A DNA stretch of 64,000 nucleotides from Dehalococcoidia bacterium (GTDB taxonomy: Bacteria; Chloroflexota; Dehalococcoidia; UBA2979): positions 2,951,838 through 3,015,837 of the forward strand of contig OZ253555.1 of the NCBI GenBank assembly GCA_965262725.1, read 5' to 3'. Below the pieces are notes generated by a model that had not been told where the DNA came from, did not search any database, and saw only the letters and a program-made list of their open reading frames with translations. The position numbers and the translations under genes are program-made. Position 1 is the stretch's first letter. The number at the start of each line of letters is the position of its first letter. Shown here piece by piece: positions 17,873 through 26,830 of the stretch.

Positions 17873-18398
17873 TCAAGAGGCGCAGATCTTCGAAACGGGG
17901 GAAGAAGCACAGCTCACCTCCGATCCCGCGTGCTCCGGGCGCTTCTCCGCTCCCTGGTAGCCGGCATCGCCCCACACCTCCGTCTCGCCGCCGTGTAACA
18001 GGCGATGCGCCTCGGTCACGTCGGAGACGTTCGCCGCCGTCGTGCTCACGCTGTGGACCAGCCCCGTCCGCGCATCCGTGCCGGTGTGCAGCTTCATCCC
18101 GAAGGACCACTGCCGGCCCTTCCTGGTCTGATGCATCTCGGGCTCGCGCTCATGCTCCTGATTCTTCGTCGATGACGGCGCGCTGATGGTCATGGAGTCC
18201 ACGATCGTCCCCTCGCGCACCAGCAGACCGCGCGCTGCGAGGTGCGTGTTGATCGTGGCAAACAGCGCCGTTCCCAACTGGTGACGCTCCACCGCGGACG
18301 GAATAATGGCACCGCCCAGGGTGCCAGTTCTCCCCGCGAGGTCCGGCGGCTCTACTGAAGTAATGAGGGCGAGTTCCTCCTCAGCCCGTCTGCGGCAC
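17873..18398 (-). pseudogene. IS5-family (DDE) transposase internal fragment, truncated at both ends with no start codon
   Basis: LVREGTIVDSMTISAPSSTKNQ...EPEMHQTRKGRQWSFGMKLHTGTDARTGLVHSVSTTAANVSDV...GDAGYQG aligns to the middle of IS5 InsH. The open frame begins right after the ATPase gene's TAG stop and contains no ATG/GTG/TTG. Confidence 0.75.
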
Positions 18399-18400
18399 GC

Positions 18401-19579
18401 CTACGAGCGGCTGCTCTCCGATCGCTCCAGCACCCCGGCCAGTCCCGAGAGCGACACGACCTCGCAGTCGCTGCGGAGCTGACTCTCGGCGCCGCCGTAC
18501 ACCACGGTCTTGCCGGACACGCCCGGAAGCAGGTCGCCAACGCGGTTGATCGAGGTGAAGTAGTCGGAAGCCACCGTGGCACCGGACCTAATCTCGATCG
18601 CGCTGACGCCGCTCCCGGTCTCGTAGAGGAGGTCGCACTCCAGTCCCCTCGAGTCGCGGAAGAAGGAGAGGTTGGGCTGGAGCCCCTGATTGAAGCGATG
18701 CTTCAACGCTTCCGCCACGACCACGTTTTCGAAGAGCGCTCCGCGCAGCGGATGCGTCGCCACCTGCTGCGGGCTCTCGATGCCGAGCAGATAGCTGGCC
18801 AGCCCCACGTCATAGAAGTAGAGCTTCGGCGACTTGACCAGGCGCTTGCGGATGTTGGCGTGGAACGGCGGCAGCTGGAAGACGACATAGCTCGTCTCGA
18901 GGACTGTGACCCACTCACGCGCGGTGGTGTGGGATACGCCCGCGTCGGACCCGACCGCGCTCAGGTTGAGTAGTTGGCCGACGCGTCCCGCGCAGAGACG
19001 CACGAAGAGCCTGAACGCCGAGAGGTTGCGGATCCCACCCAGCCGGCGCACGTCGCGCTCGACGTAGGTCTCGAAGTAGTCGCCGAGCGCCTGCCGCGGC
19101 TCCAGCCCCTGGTCGTGAATCCGGGGGTAGAACCCCGAGTAGATGATGTCGTCTATCGCCTCGCTCGCACCCGTGCGGCGTCGCTCCGCGAGAGAGAACG
19201 GCAGCAGGCGGAGCAGCGCGGTGCGCCCGGCCAGCGACTGGCTGATGGCGTCGGAGAGCCGGAACTGCTCGCTGCCGATGAGCACGAACAGGCTATTCCG
19301 TCCGCGTTCGTCGGCGAGGACCTGGAGGTACGACAGGAGCTGGGGAACATGCTGGACCTCATCGATGATCGCGCCCTCGCCCAGTTGCGCGAGGAAGCCG
19401 CGGGGGTCCGACTCGGCGAAGTCGCGCTGGTCGGGCGCCTCTAGATTGGCGTACTGCAGGTCGGGGAAGGCCGCACGGCAGAGGGTCGTCTTGCCGGACT
19501 GGCGCGGACCGGTCACGGTCACGAAGGGGTATTGTCCGAACAGCGCGGTCAGCCGGTCCGTGATGTCACGCTCGATCAT
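18401..19579 (-). CDS. AAA+ ATPase (AAA_14 + DUF4143 family)
   Basis: Walker A GPRQSGKTT. DUF4143-like C-terminal half. Likely start MIERDITDRLT; the track ORF begins at a TTG inside the upstream palindrome. Confidence 0.8.
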   Translation of the reverse strand: MIERDITDRLTALFGQYPFVTVTGPRQSGKTTLCRAAFPDLQYANLEAPDQRDFAESDPRGFLAQLGEGAIIDEVQHVPQLLSYLQVLADERGRNSLFVLIGSEQFRLSDAISQSLAGRTALLRLLPFSLAERRRTGASEAIDDIIYSGFYPRIHDQGLEPRQALGDYFETYVERDVRRLGGIRNLSAFRLFVRLCAGRVGQLLNLSAVGSDAGVSHTTAREWVTVLETSYVVFQLPPFHANIRKRLVKSPKLYFYDVGLASYLLGIESPQQVATHPLRGALFENVVVAEALKHRFNQGLQPNLSFFRDSRGLECDLLYETGSGVSAIEIRSGATVASDYFTSINRVGDLLPGVSGKTVVYGGAESQLRSDCEVVSLSGLAGVLERSESSRS

Positions 19580-19604
19580 AGCGTCACAGTATGGGCGATG
19601 CCGT

Positions 19605-19633
19605 ACAAACTGCAAGTACTACTTGCAGTTTGT
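19605..19633. promoter_or_regulatory. perfect 29-bp palindrome ACAAACTGCAAGTA-C-TACTTGCAGTTTGT, about 25 nt upstream of the ATPase start; candidate operator
   Basis: Perfect 14-bp arms, and AT-rich in a 72% GC background. Confidence 0.6.
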
Positions 19634-19668
19634 CCCACCGGTGAGTGTCGCAGCCCGAGGGCGCGCGC

Positions 19669-19800
19669 ATGCTCTACGACAACCTCTCCGTCGCGGCGCC
19701 TCGCTGCGCGAGCTGGTCGAACAACCCGCAGGAGCGCCTGAACAAGGAGATCCGCCGGCGCACCACAGAGATCGCCTCATCGTGAGTCTTCCGGAGCCAG
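19669..19800 (+). pseudogene. IS256-family transposase C-terminal remnant, frameshifted
   Basis: MLYDNLSVAAPRCASWSNNPQERLNKEIRRRT matches the IS256 C-terminal signature (TNPIERLNKEIKRRT...VVGIFPN). The expected continuation appears in another frame (IVSLPEPGLLRGAAG). Confidence 0.45.
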
Positions 19801-19803
19801 GGC

Positions 19804-20072
19804 TACTGAGGGGCGCTGCGGGCAACCGCTTCGCGCGGAAGCGCGGCCTCCCAGAGCTCGATGTAGGGCACCAGTGGCGGCGACCGCTCCGCGAGCCACG
19901 CGTGCGGCGCAAGCTCGGACTCGGAGGAGAAGTTGGCGGTGATTTCAGTCCAGCGGCCGTCGATGCGCTCCCACTGTGCGTAGGTGTACGAGATGGCGCC
20001 GCTGGGCTGGAACGCGGCGGGTGGCGTGCCGTAAACGAGCTCGCCGGTCTCGATCTTGTGAATCGCCAGGAT
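19804..20072 (-). pseudogene. 5'-truncated gene fragment of unknown family, interrupted by the IS21 left end
   Basis: About 90 codons of open frame with strong GC3 bias (ILAIHKIETGELVYGTPPAAFQPSGAISYTYAQWERIDGRWTEITANF...) but no start codon; it abuts the IS21 terminus. Confidence 0.35.
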
Positions 20073-20114
20073 CTATAGACCAGCAAACGGCGAGATCGCC
20101 AGGGTCTATGTGCC
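20062..20114 (+). repeat. two imperfect 20-bp direct repeats (ATCGCCAGGRTCTATRKRCC) at the IS21 left terminus
   Basis: 20062..20081 and 20095..20114 are 16/20 identical. Multiple terminal sub-repeats are typical of IS21-family ends. Confidence 0.5.
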
Positions 20115-20213
20115 ACTTCGCCAAGGTCATTGAGCCACCCCTCCGGGGGGTCTGACCACTCGGGCCGCCGGTACGGCCACCATCGCCTGCATCCCCAGCG
20201 GAGGGGAGCAGCG

Positions 20214-21794
20214 ATGGCCTACCGGGAGGTACACGGGGTGGAGATCCAGGAGATCATTCGTCGCTGGCAGGCGGGGCTCAGCCAGCGCCGCATCGCCAGC
20301 GGGATGGGGTTGTCGCGTCAGACGGTCCGCCGCTACATCGACGCGGCCGAAGCGGCCGGCCTCACACCTGACGGTCCCGAGCCGAGTGAGGAGCAGCTCG
20401 CCGCGCTGGCGACGCTGAGCCTCTCCGGCCCGCGGCAGGTCGAGGCGCCGAGCGAGGAGCTGCTCTCGCCCTGGGCGGAGCAGATCGAGCGCTGGCTTGA
20501 GACCGACCGCCTGCAACTGACGCGCATCCAGGAGCTCCTCGCCGGACGAGGCTGCGAGGTCTCCTACACCACGCTGCGGCGTTTCATCCGGCGCCGCGGC
20601 TGGCGCCACCGGCTGCCGTCGACCGTGCGCATGGACGACGGGCCGCCGGGCGAGGTGGCGGAGATGGACTTCGGCCGCCTCGGCTTCATCCGGGACCCCG
20701 AGAGCGGCCGCCGGCGCGCGGTGTGGGCGCTGGTCGTCGTCTGGCGCTACTCACGCCACTGCTTTGTGTGGCCCACCACCAGCCAGAAGCTGGACGCTGT
20801 GATCGAGGGCCTGGAGGAGGCCTGGGCCTTCTTCGGGGGAGTGCCCCGCTACCTCGTCATCGATAACTTCCCGGCCGCCGTCGCCGGGGCCGACGCGCTG
20901 CACCCGCGCTTCACGCGGGGCTTCCTCGAGTACGCCCGCCACCGCGGCTTCATCACCGACCCCGCGCGCGTGCGTCATCCCCGCGACAAGCCGCGCGTCG
21001 AGCGCAGCATCCCCTACGTGCGCGAGCGCCTCTTCAAGGGCGGCGACTTCCGGGACGTCGTCGACCTGCGCTCCGCCGCCCGCAGCTGGTGCCTGGAGGT
21101 GGCGGGACAGCGCATCCACGGCACGACACGCCGGCGCCCGCTCGAGGTCTTCCGGGAGGAGGAGCTCCCTCTCCTCGCTCCCTGGGACGGCGAGCCCTAC
21201 GAGGTCCCCGACTGGCGGACCGCCACGGTCCATCCCGACCACCACATCGCCTGCCAGTACGCGCTGTACTCGGTGCCGTCCACGGCCTGCCCGCCCCGCC
21301 AGAAGGTCGAGGTGCAGCTCGGCTCGAAGCTGGTGCGCATCTACCACCGCGGTCAGCTCATCAAGGTCCACCCGCGCCAGCGCCGGGGCGGCCGGGCCAC
21401 CGACCCGAACGACTACCCGGCCGAGCTCACCCCCTACACCAGGCGGGCGCCCGACTGGATACAGCGCCGCGCCGCCGAGCTGGGGGAGGCCGTGGGCGCC
21501 TACGCCGAGCGTCTCTTCGAGGGCTCCCTGCCCTGGGCGAAGCTGCGGCAGGGCCACAAGCTGCTGCGCCTCGCCGAGCGCTACTCCCCGGACCGCCTCG
21601 ACGCCGCCTGCCGCCGCGCGCTCGAGGTCGACCTCATCGACGTGCGCCGCCTCGAGCGCATCCTCGTCGAGGCCCTCGACCAGGAGAGCACCCCAGACCA
21701 GCCCGAGCTGCCGCCGCCTCCGGGGCGCTTCGCCCACTCGGGCTCCGTCTTCGCACAGTCCCGCACGCAGACCCCGACAGGAGCACCACGATGA
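20214..21794 (+). CDS. istA: IS21-family transposase
   Basis: Internal ATG of ORF 20130..21794 (MAYREVHGVEIQEIIRRWQAGLSQRRIA...). N-terminal HTH and DDE integrase core. Confidence 0.9.
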   Translation: MAYREVHGVEIQEIIRRWQAGLSQRRIASGMGLSRQTVRRYIDAAEAAGLTPDGPEPSEEQLAALATLSLSGPRQVEAPSEELLSPWAEQIERWLETDRLQLTRIQELLAGRGCEVSYTTLRRFIRRRGWRHRLPSTVRMDDGPPGEVAEMDFGRLGFIRDPESGRRRAVWALVVVWRYSRHCFVWPTTSQKLDAVIEGLEEAWAFFGGVPRYLVIDNFPAAVAGADALHPRFTRGFLEYARHRGFITDPARVRHPRDKPRVERSIPYVRERLFKGGDFRDVVDLRSAARSWCLEVAGQRIHGTTRRRPLEVFREEELPLLAPWDGEPYEVPDWRTATVHPDHHIACQYALYSVPSTACPPRQKVEVQLGSKLVRIYHRGQLIKVHPRQRRGGRATDPNDYPAELTPYTRRAPDWIQRRAAELGEAVGAYAERLFEGSLPWAKLRQGHKLLRLAERYSPDRLDAACRRALEVDLIDVRRLERILVEALDQESTPDQPELPPPPGRFAHSGSVFAQSRTQTPTGAPR

Positions 21795-22564
21795 CCGCCA
21801 CCACCTCAGACCTCCGTCCGCTGCTCAAGCGCCTCAAGCTCGGCCGTATGCTCGACACCCTGCCCGAGCGCATCGCCCTCGCGCGGCGCGACCACCTCGA
21901 CTACGCGGACTTCCTGCAGATCCTGCTCGTCGACGAGGTGAGCCGCCGCGACCACGGGCGGTTGGAGCTGCGCCTGCGCCAGGCCGGCTTCGAGCAGCTC
22001 TGCCGCCTCGAGGACTTCGACTGGGCGGCCGCCATCCGGCTCGACCGCCGCCTGCTCGACGCCGCCTTCTCGCTGCACTTCCTCGATCGCCGCGAGCACG
22101 TCCTGCTCGTCGGCCCCGTCGGCGTCGGCAAGAGCTTCTTAGCCCAGGCGCTCGGCTACTCAGCCGTCCGCTCCGGACGCAGCGTCCGCTTCGCCCCGGC
22201 CGACCACTACTTCCGCGAGATGGCGCAGGCCCGCGTCGACCACTCGGCCGAGAAGGTCTTTCGAAGCTTCCTCGCGCCCGACCTGCTCATCCTCGACGAC
22301 CTCGGGCTCCATCGCCTCAGCGCGCAGCAGTCCATCGACCTCTACGAGCTGGTCATCGGGCGCCACCGCAGCTCCAGCTTCGTCATCACCTCGAACCGCG
22401 CCGTAGAGGAATGGCTGGGTCTCTTCGACGACCCGATCCTCGGCAACAGCGCCCTCGACCGCCTCGCCAACGCCAGCTACCAGATCGTGATCGAGGGCGA
22501 TAGCTACCGCCAGCGGCTCTCGCCGCACCGCGCCCTGCTCGAGGCGCAGACGGGAGGTGATTGA
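21791..22564 (+). CDS. istB: IS21-family helper ATPase
   Basis: Walker A GPVGVGKSF and Walker B LLILDDLG; 257 aa. Confidence 0.9.
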   Translation: MTATTSDLRPLLKRLKLGRMLDTLPERIALARRDHLDYADFLQILLVDEVSRRDHGRLELRLRQAGFEQLCRLEDFDWAAAIRLDRRLLDAAFSLHFLDRREHVLLVGPVGVGKSFLAQALGYSAVRSGRSVRFAPADHYFREMAQARVDHSAEKVFRSFLAPDLLILDDLGLHRLSAQQSIDLYELVIGRHRSSSFVITSNRAVEEWLGLFDDPILGNSALDRLANASYQIVIEGDSYRQRLSPHRALLEAQTGGD

Positions 22565-22653
22565 CGCGCTAGTGTCCTGATTCGTAATAGCGACAGATAA
22601 CGGGTATGGTGGCACAGCGGGGTTTTGCCCCATGGGGCAGACTCTGGAGTGTC

Positions 22654-23706
22654 ATGAGCACCCGAATCGGACGGCCGACGGTCGCGATCGTCCTGAGCGA
22701 CGAGGAGCGTGAGACGCTGGAGCGGTGGGCGCGCCGGCCGACATCGGCCCAGGCGCTGGCGCTGCGCTGTCGCATCGTCCTGGCAGCGGCCGAGGGGACA
22801 TCGAATAAAGCGATCGCCGCGGCGCTCGATTGCCATCCGGTCACCGTCGGCAAGTGGCGCCGGCGCTTTGCGCAGGGGCGGCTCGATGGGCTACAGGATG
22901 AGCCGCGCCCCGGGGCGCCGCGCACGATCGCCGATGCACAGGTGGAAGCGGTGATCGTCACGACGCTGGAGGAGCAGCCTCCCAACGCGACGCACTGGTC
23001 GACCCGATCGATGGCAGCCGCGGTCGGGATGTCGCAGTCGGCGATCTTCAGGATCTGGCGCGCCTTCGGCCTGAAGCCGCACCTCGTGGAGAGCTTCAAG
23101 CTGTCGCCCGACCCGCAGTTCATCGACAAGGTGCGCGACGTGGCCGGGCTCTATCTCAACCCGCCCGACGCGGCGGTTGTGCTGTGCGTGGACGAGAAGA
23201 CCCAGATCCAGGCACTCGACCGCACCGCGCCGACGGTGCCGATGATGCCCGGCGTCCCCGCCCGCCAGACGCACGACTACATCCGTCACGGCACGACGAA
23301 CCTCTACGCGGCGCTCGATGTCGCCTCGGGATGCGTGATCACGGAGATGACCCCCCGGCACCGGGCTCGGGAGTTCCAGCAGTTCCTCGCCCTCATCGAC
23401 CAAAGCGTTCCCCGTGAGCTGGCGGTGCATGTCGTGCTCGACAACGTCTCCACGCACCGCACGCCCGCCATCCAGCGCTGGCTCCAGCGCCATCCCCGCT
23501 TCACCTTCCATTTCACGCCGACCTACAGCTCCTGGATGAACCTCGTGGAGCGCTGGTTTGCAGAGCTCACCAGCAAGTGGCTCCGGCGCGGCACGCACCA
23601 TAGCGTCCCTGATCTGATCCGCTCAGTGGAGATGTGGGTCGCCAGCTGGAACGAGAATCCGAGGCCCTTCATCTGGCACAAGTCCGCGGACCAGATCCTT
23701 GAGTAG
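22654..23706 (+). CDS. IS630-family (Tc1/mariner-like) transposase; the last ~16 native codons are displaced by the intron, and the current TAG stop lies inside the intron 3' end
   Basis: N-terminal HTH and DDE region (VLCVDEKTQIQAL...VVLDNVSTH). Removing 23703..26638 in silico restores ...ADQILDNLTGYLNRISNSGH* ending in the right IR. Confidence 0.85.
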   Translation: MSTRIGRPTVAIVLSDEERETLERWARRPTSAQALALRCRIVLAAAEGTSNKAIAAALDCHPVTVGKWRRRFAQGRLDGLQDEPRPGAPRTIADAQVEAVIVTTLEEQPPNATHWSTRSMAAAVGMSQSAIFRIWRAFGLKPHLVESFKLSPDPQFIDKVRDVAGLYLNPPDAAVVLCVDEKTQIQALDRTAPTVPMMPGVPARQTHDYIRHGTTNLYAALDVASGCVITEMTPRHRAREFQQFLALIDQSVPRELAVHVVLDNVSTHRTPAIQRWLQRHPRFTFHFTPTYSSWMNLVERWFAELTSKWLRRGTHHSVPDLIRSVEMWVASWNENPRPFIWHKSADQILE

Positions 23707-23866
23707 GGTCAGGGGCTGGCGCGGTGCGAGCCGTAGGCGGTGGCGCATATTGCCAGGCCGGTTTCCCGGTGGCGCCCATCTCCACAGCCGTAGCATCGTC
23801 CGTCTCCAGCCCCTGCCGCCTCGAACCGGACGTGAGGTTTTCCCTCATCCGGCTCACCGATGCCCT

Positions 23867-24660
23867 TCACCGGGCGGCATGCGGGGTGCCCCGCCACGGT
23901 CGATATGGCCGTGGTGCCACGACGCGCTGTCCAGCTAGCGAGATGAGCCCCAGACGGTCGGCGACGGGAAACGGGTGCCCGCGATGGCGTCGCCGCCAAC
24001 GCAACCGCTTCCCCAGCCAGAGTTTGAGTCTCCACATGGCAAACCAGTGCAGGACGTCGAACGCCCTCGCCGAGTTGCCGTAGCGGAAGTAGCTCATCCA
24101 GCCGCGGAGGTAGCGATTGACTTCCTCCACGACCTGCCGGGGACTCAGCAGCAGACGCAACCGCGCCGTGATTTCACGGATGCGGTCCCGCGCCCGCTGC
24201 ATCGCTCGCCGTGAGGGCCAGCGTGCGAGGAACTGGATATTCTTGTTGCGCTTCGCACGTACCCAGCGATGCTCGAAGCCGAGGAACTCCAGCCCCTCGC
24301 CTCCCTCCCGCAGGTGCACGATGCGCGTCTTCTCCGCCTTGAGCTCCAGTCCGAGCTCACCCAGCAGGTCACGCAGCAGGGCCAACGCCCGCTCCGCTTC
24401 CTCCCGGCTCCGGCAGAGCACCACGAGGTCATCCGCATAGCGCACCAGCACGCCATCACCCTTCGCCTCCCAGTCCCGGTCCAACCGGTGCAGGTAGACA
24501 TTGGCCAGCAGCGGGGACATCACCCCGCCCTGCGGCGTACCCGTCGCGCTGTGCTGCACGACCCCCGACTCCATCACACCGGCACGCAGCATCGCCCGTA
24601 CCAGCTTCAGGAGATTGCGGTCGCATATCCGTTCCTCGACGGCCGTCATCAGACGGTCGT
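23867..24660 (-). CDS. group II intron-encoded reverse transcriptase/maturase, 3' segment (RT domains 3-7 + X domain)
   Basis: HDRLMTAVEERICDRNLLKLV, SPLLANVYLHRLD, VRYADDLVVLC (YADD), X domain RYLRGWMSYFRYGNS. The N-terminal 70 aa of track ORF 23867..24853 are translated intron RNA. Confidence 0.85.
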
Positions 24661-25522
24661 GTAGGGTCAGGGGCTGGCGCGGTGCGAGCCGTAGGCGGTG
24701 GCGCATCAGTTCCAAGCCGGTTTCCCGGTGGTGCCCAACTCCACGGCCATAGCAGCGTCCGTCTCCAGCCCCTGCCACATCGAACCGGACGTGAGGTTCT
24801 CCCTCATCCGGCTCACCGATGCCCTTCACCAGATGGCATGCAGCGCTCCCCACAACGTGGGTCGTGCCTTGGCCAGCCGGTACAGCATGTGCGGAGAGCC
24901 TCGAACCCTACCAAGTGGTTGCTAGCCCCGAGGGGCACTCACCAGTCCACACCCCCAGCAACATGCACGGACAAAGTAGGGGTCCTTCCCATCACCGGCG
25001 GTTATGTTGTCCGTCCGGCTCCAGCGGTACTACGACCCCCTCCGCCACCCTTCCGGCTGGCTGTCCACTTCCCGGCTCTGACCGGTTATAGGACGCCTCG
25101 CTCCGACGCCCTCTCACAGGGTGCCGGGCCGGGGAGGGCTTCTCCGGTTCCCGTCGCTACCTTCCGTACGTTCCACGTCCCATACGCCGGGAGGTTTCTT
25201 GAGGCTGCATTCCAGGATCTTCACCTCGTCCATGGCCTTCGCCCTGACCACCCGGGCTCGGCTCCTCCTTGGTCCTGTCAATAGACAGGCGAGTCTCACG
25301 GCGCGGCAGACTTCGCGTCATGCTGCGGACCGCACGTTTGCTCCCCCTCATAGGGCTCTTGACGTCGGGCTTCGACGCAGACCGTTTCCCGTCCACGCCG
25401 CCGACCTGCTAACGGGCCTCCTGACAGTTACCCGTGCCGGACTCTCACCGGCTGGCAGCAACGAGCATGTCTCCGGACCGGTCACGTCATCACGTCACCA
25501 CCCCTTCGACTTCCGGACGCAC
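24661..25522 (-). mobile_element. nested ORF-less group II intron (about 862 bp; 5' GTGCG ... 3' CCCTAC) inside the RT gene of the outer intron
   Basis: About 90% identical to the outer intron's domains I-III and V-VI. Removing it in silico rejoins ...FESIP|HDRLMTAVEE..., the canonical RT domain-3 sequence. Confidence 0.75.
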
Positions 25523-26087
25523 GCGGTATCGACTCGAAACACGAGGCGATGTCCGTCTCCACTACCCACCGCCTGCCCCGCCACGCCTCGTCAATGAGGA
25601 CCTGCAGGGCGTCATGGGCCGAACGCTTCGGGCGGAAGCCGAAGCTGCATGGCAGGAAGTCGGCCTCGAAGACCGGCTCCGTCACGAGCTTCAGCGACGC
25701 CTGCACGATGCGGTCGCGGACCGAAGGAATCGAGAGCGGGCGCTCTTCCGACCGACCGGGCTTGGGTATCCAGACCCGGCGGCTCGGCTGCACCCGGTAT
25801 CTTCCCTCCTTCAGTTCCGTGGCCAGTTCATCCAGCAGGCGCTCCACGCCGTAGCGCTCGACCTCGGCGAGCGTGACGCCGTCGATACCGGCTGCGCCGC
25901 GATTGCGACGCACCTGCTCCCACGCGCGCTCCAGAATGTCTCTGCGATAAACCTTGTCGTAGAGCGCATGAAAGCGTCTATTGGGGTCGGCCTTGGCCGC
26001 CCGGTAAAGCGTGCGTTGTAGTGTTCGGACCTTGTCTTGGATGGAGTTAGCCGCTTGGGCACTCACCGATTCATCCCTACTCCCCAC
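25523..26087 (-). CDS. group II intron-encoded reverse transcriptase/maturase, 5' segment (RT domains 0-3), interrupted after FESIP by the nested intron
   Basis: KVRTLQRTLYRAAKADPNRRFHALYDKVYRRDILERAWEQVRRNRGAAGIDGVT...RRVWIPKPGRSEERPLSIPSVRDRIVQ...FRPKRSAHDAL. Confidence 0.85.
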
Positions 26088-26830
26088 GCGTGAGCAAAGC
26101 AGGGGTCCTTCCCATCACCGGCGGTTGTGTTGTCCGTCCGGCTCAAGCGGTACTACGACCCCCTCCGTCACCCTTCCGGCTAGCTGCCCACTTCCCGGCT
26201 TTGACCGGTTATAGGGCACCTCGCTCCGACACCATCTCGCAGGGTGCCGGGCCGGGGAGGGCTTCTCCCGTTCCCGTCGCTACCTTCCAAACGTTCCACG
26301 CCCCTTACGCCGGGAGGTTCCTTGAGGCTGCAGCGCAACGCGCATTCAGGATCTTCACCTCGTCCATGGCCTTCGCCCTGAATTGCCGGGCTCGGCTCCT
26401 CCACTATCCGTTAACGACGCGGCAGGCTTCGCTTGATGCTGCGGACCGCCTGGTTGCTCCCCCTGATAGGGCTCTTGACGTCGGGCTTCGACGTGGACCG
26501 TTTCCCGTCCGCGCCGCCGACCTGCTAACGGGCCTCCTGACAGTTACCCGTGCCGGACTCGCACCGGCTGGCAACGACGAGCATGTCTCCAGACCGGTTA
26601 CGTCATCACGTCACCCGCCCTTCGACTTCGGGACACACCAACCTCACCGGATATCTCAATCGCATTTCCAATTCAGGACACTAGCAGGGTGCTGAAGAAG
26701 CTCCTTCCGGGGGCCTCGGAGCGGTGCCGGGCGGCTTGAGAGGCCACGTCCGGCTTCGTGATCGCCGTCTCCTGACCTGCCCCCGGCGGCCTCGGAGGGC
26801 TCCTGGACCGGCCGTAGGGCGCAGTGCGCC

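Larger units (their letters stand above)
20073..22568 (+). mobile_element. IS21-family insertion sequence with intact istA-istB; the right terminus is cut off by the IS630 insertion 4 nt after the istB stop
   Basis: istA/istB pair with ATGA overlap. The left boundary is approximate. Confidence 0.75.
23703..26638 (-). mobile_element. group II intron (outer copy), 5' GTGTG ... 3' CCCTAC, inserted antisense into the 3' end of the IS630 transposase gene
   Basis: 5' end GTGTGTCCCGAAGTCGAAGGG; domains I-III at about 26638..26095; intron-encoded protein in domain IV; GAAA-tetraloop hairpin CCGGGAAACCGG in the last ~160 nt; 3' end ...CCCCTGACCCTAC. Confidence 0.75.
22569..26684 (+). mobile_element. 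IS630-family element, about 1.1 kb native size, expanded to about 4.1 kb by a nested group II intron insertion
   Basis: Terminal inverted repeats CTAGTGTCCTGATTCGTAATAGCGACAGATAAC (left) and CTAGTGTCCTGAATTGGAAATGCGATTGAGATATC (reverse complement of the right end). Flanking CTAG/TA matches the IS630 target preference. Confidence 0.7.

Noticed and set aside
19143-20116. Long ORFs on both strands across 19.1..20.1 kb
   Set aside because: They are GC-driven spurious frames. The region is better explained by an IS256 remnant, a truncated gene fragment and the IS21 terminus.
23700-23870. Assigning a canonical domain V (GAGC...GAAA...GUUC) to the intron 3' repeat
   Set aside because: A GAAA-tetraloop hairpin is present, but I could not match the textbook 34-nt consensus by eye. 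The group II call rests on the IEP, the GTGYG/AY ends and the exact restoration of host frames.
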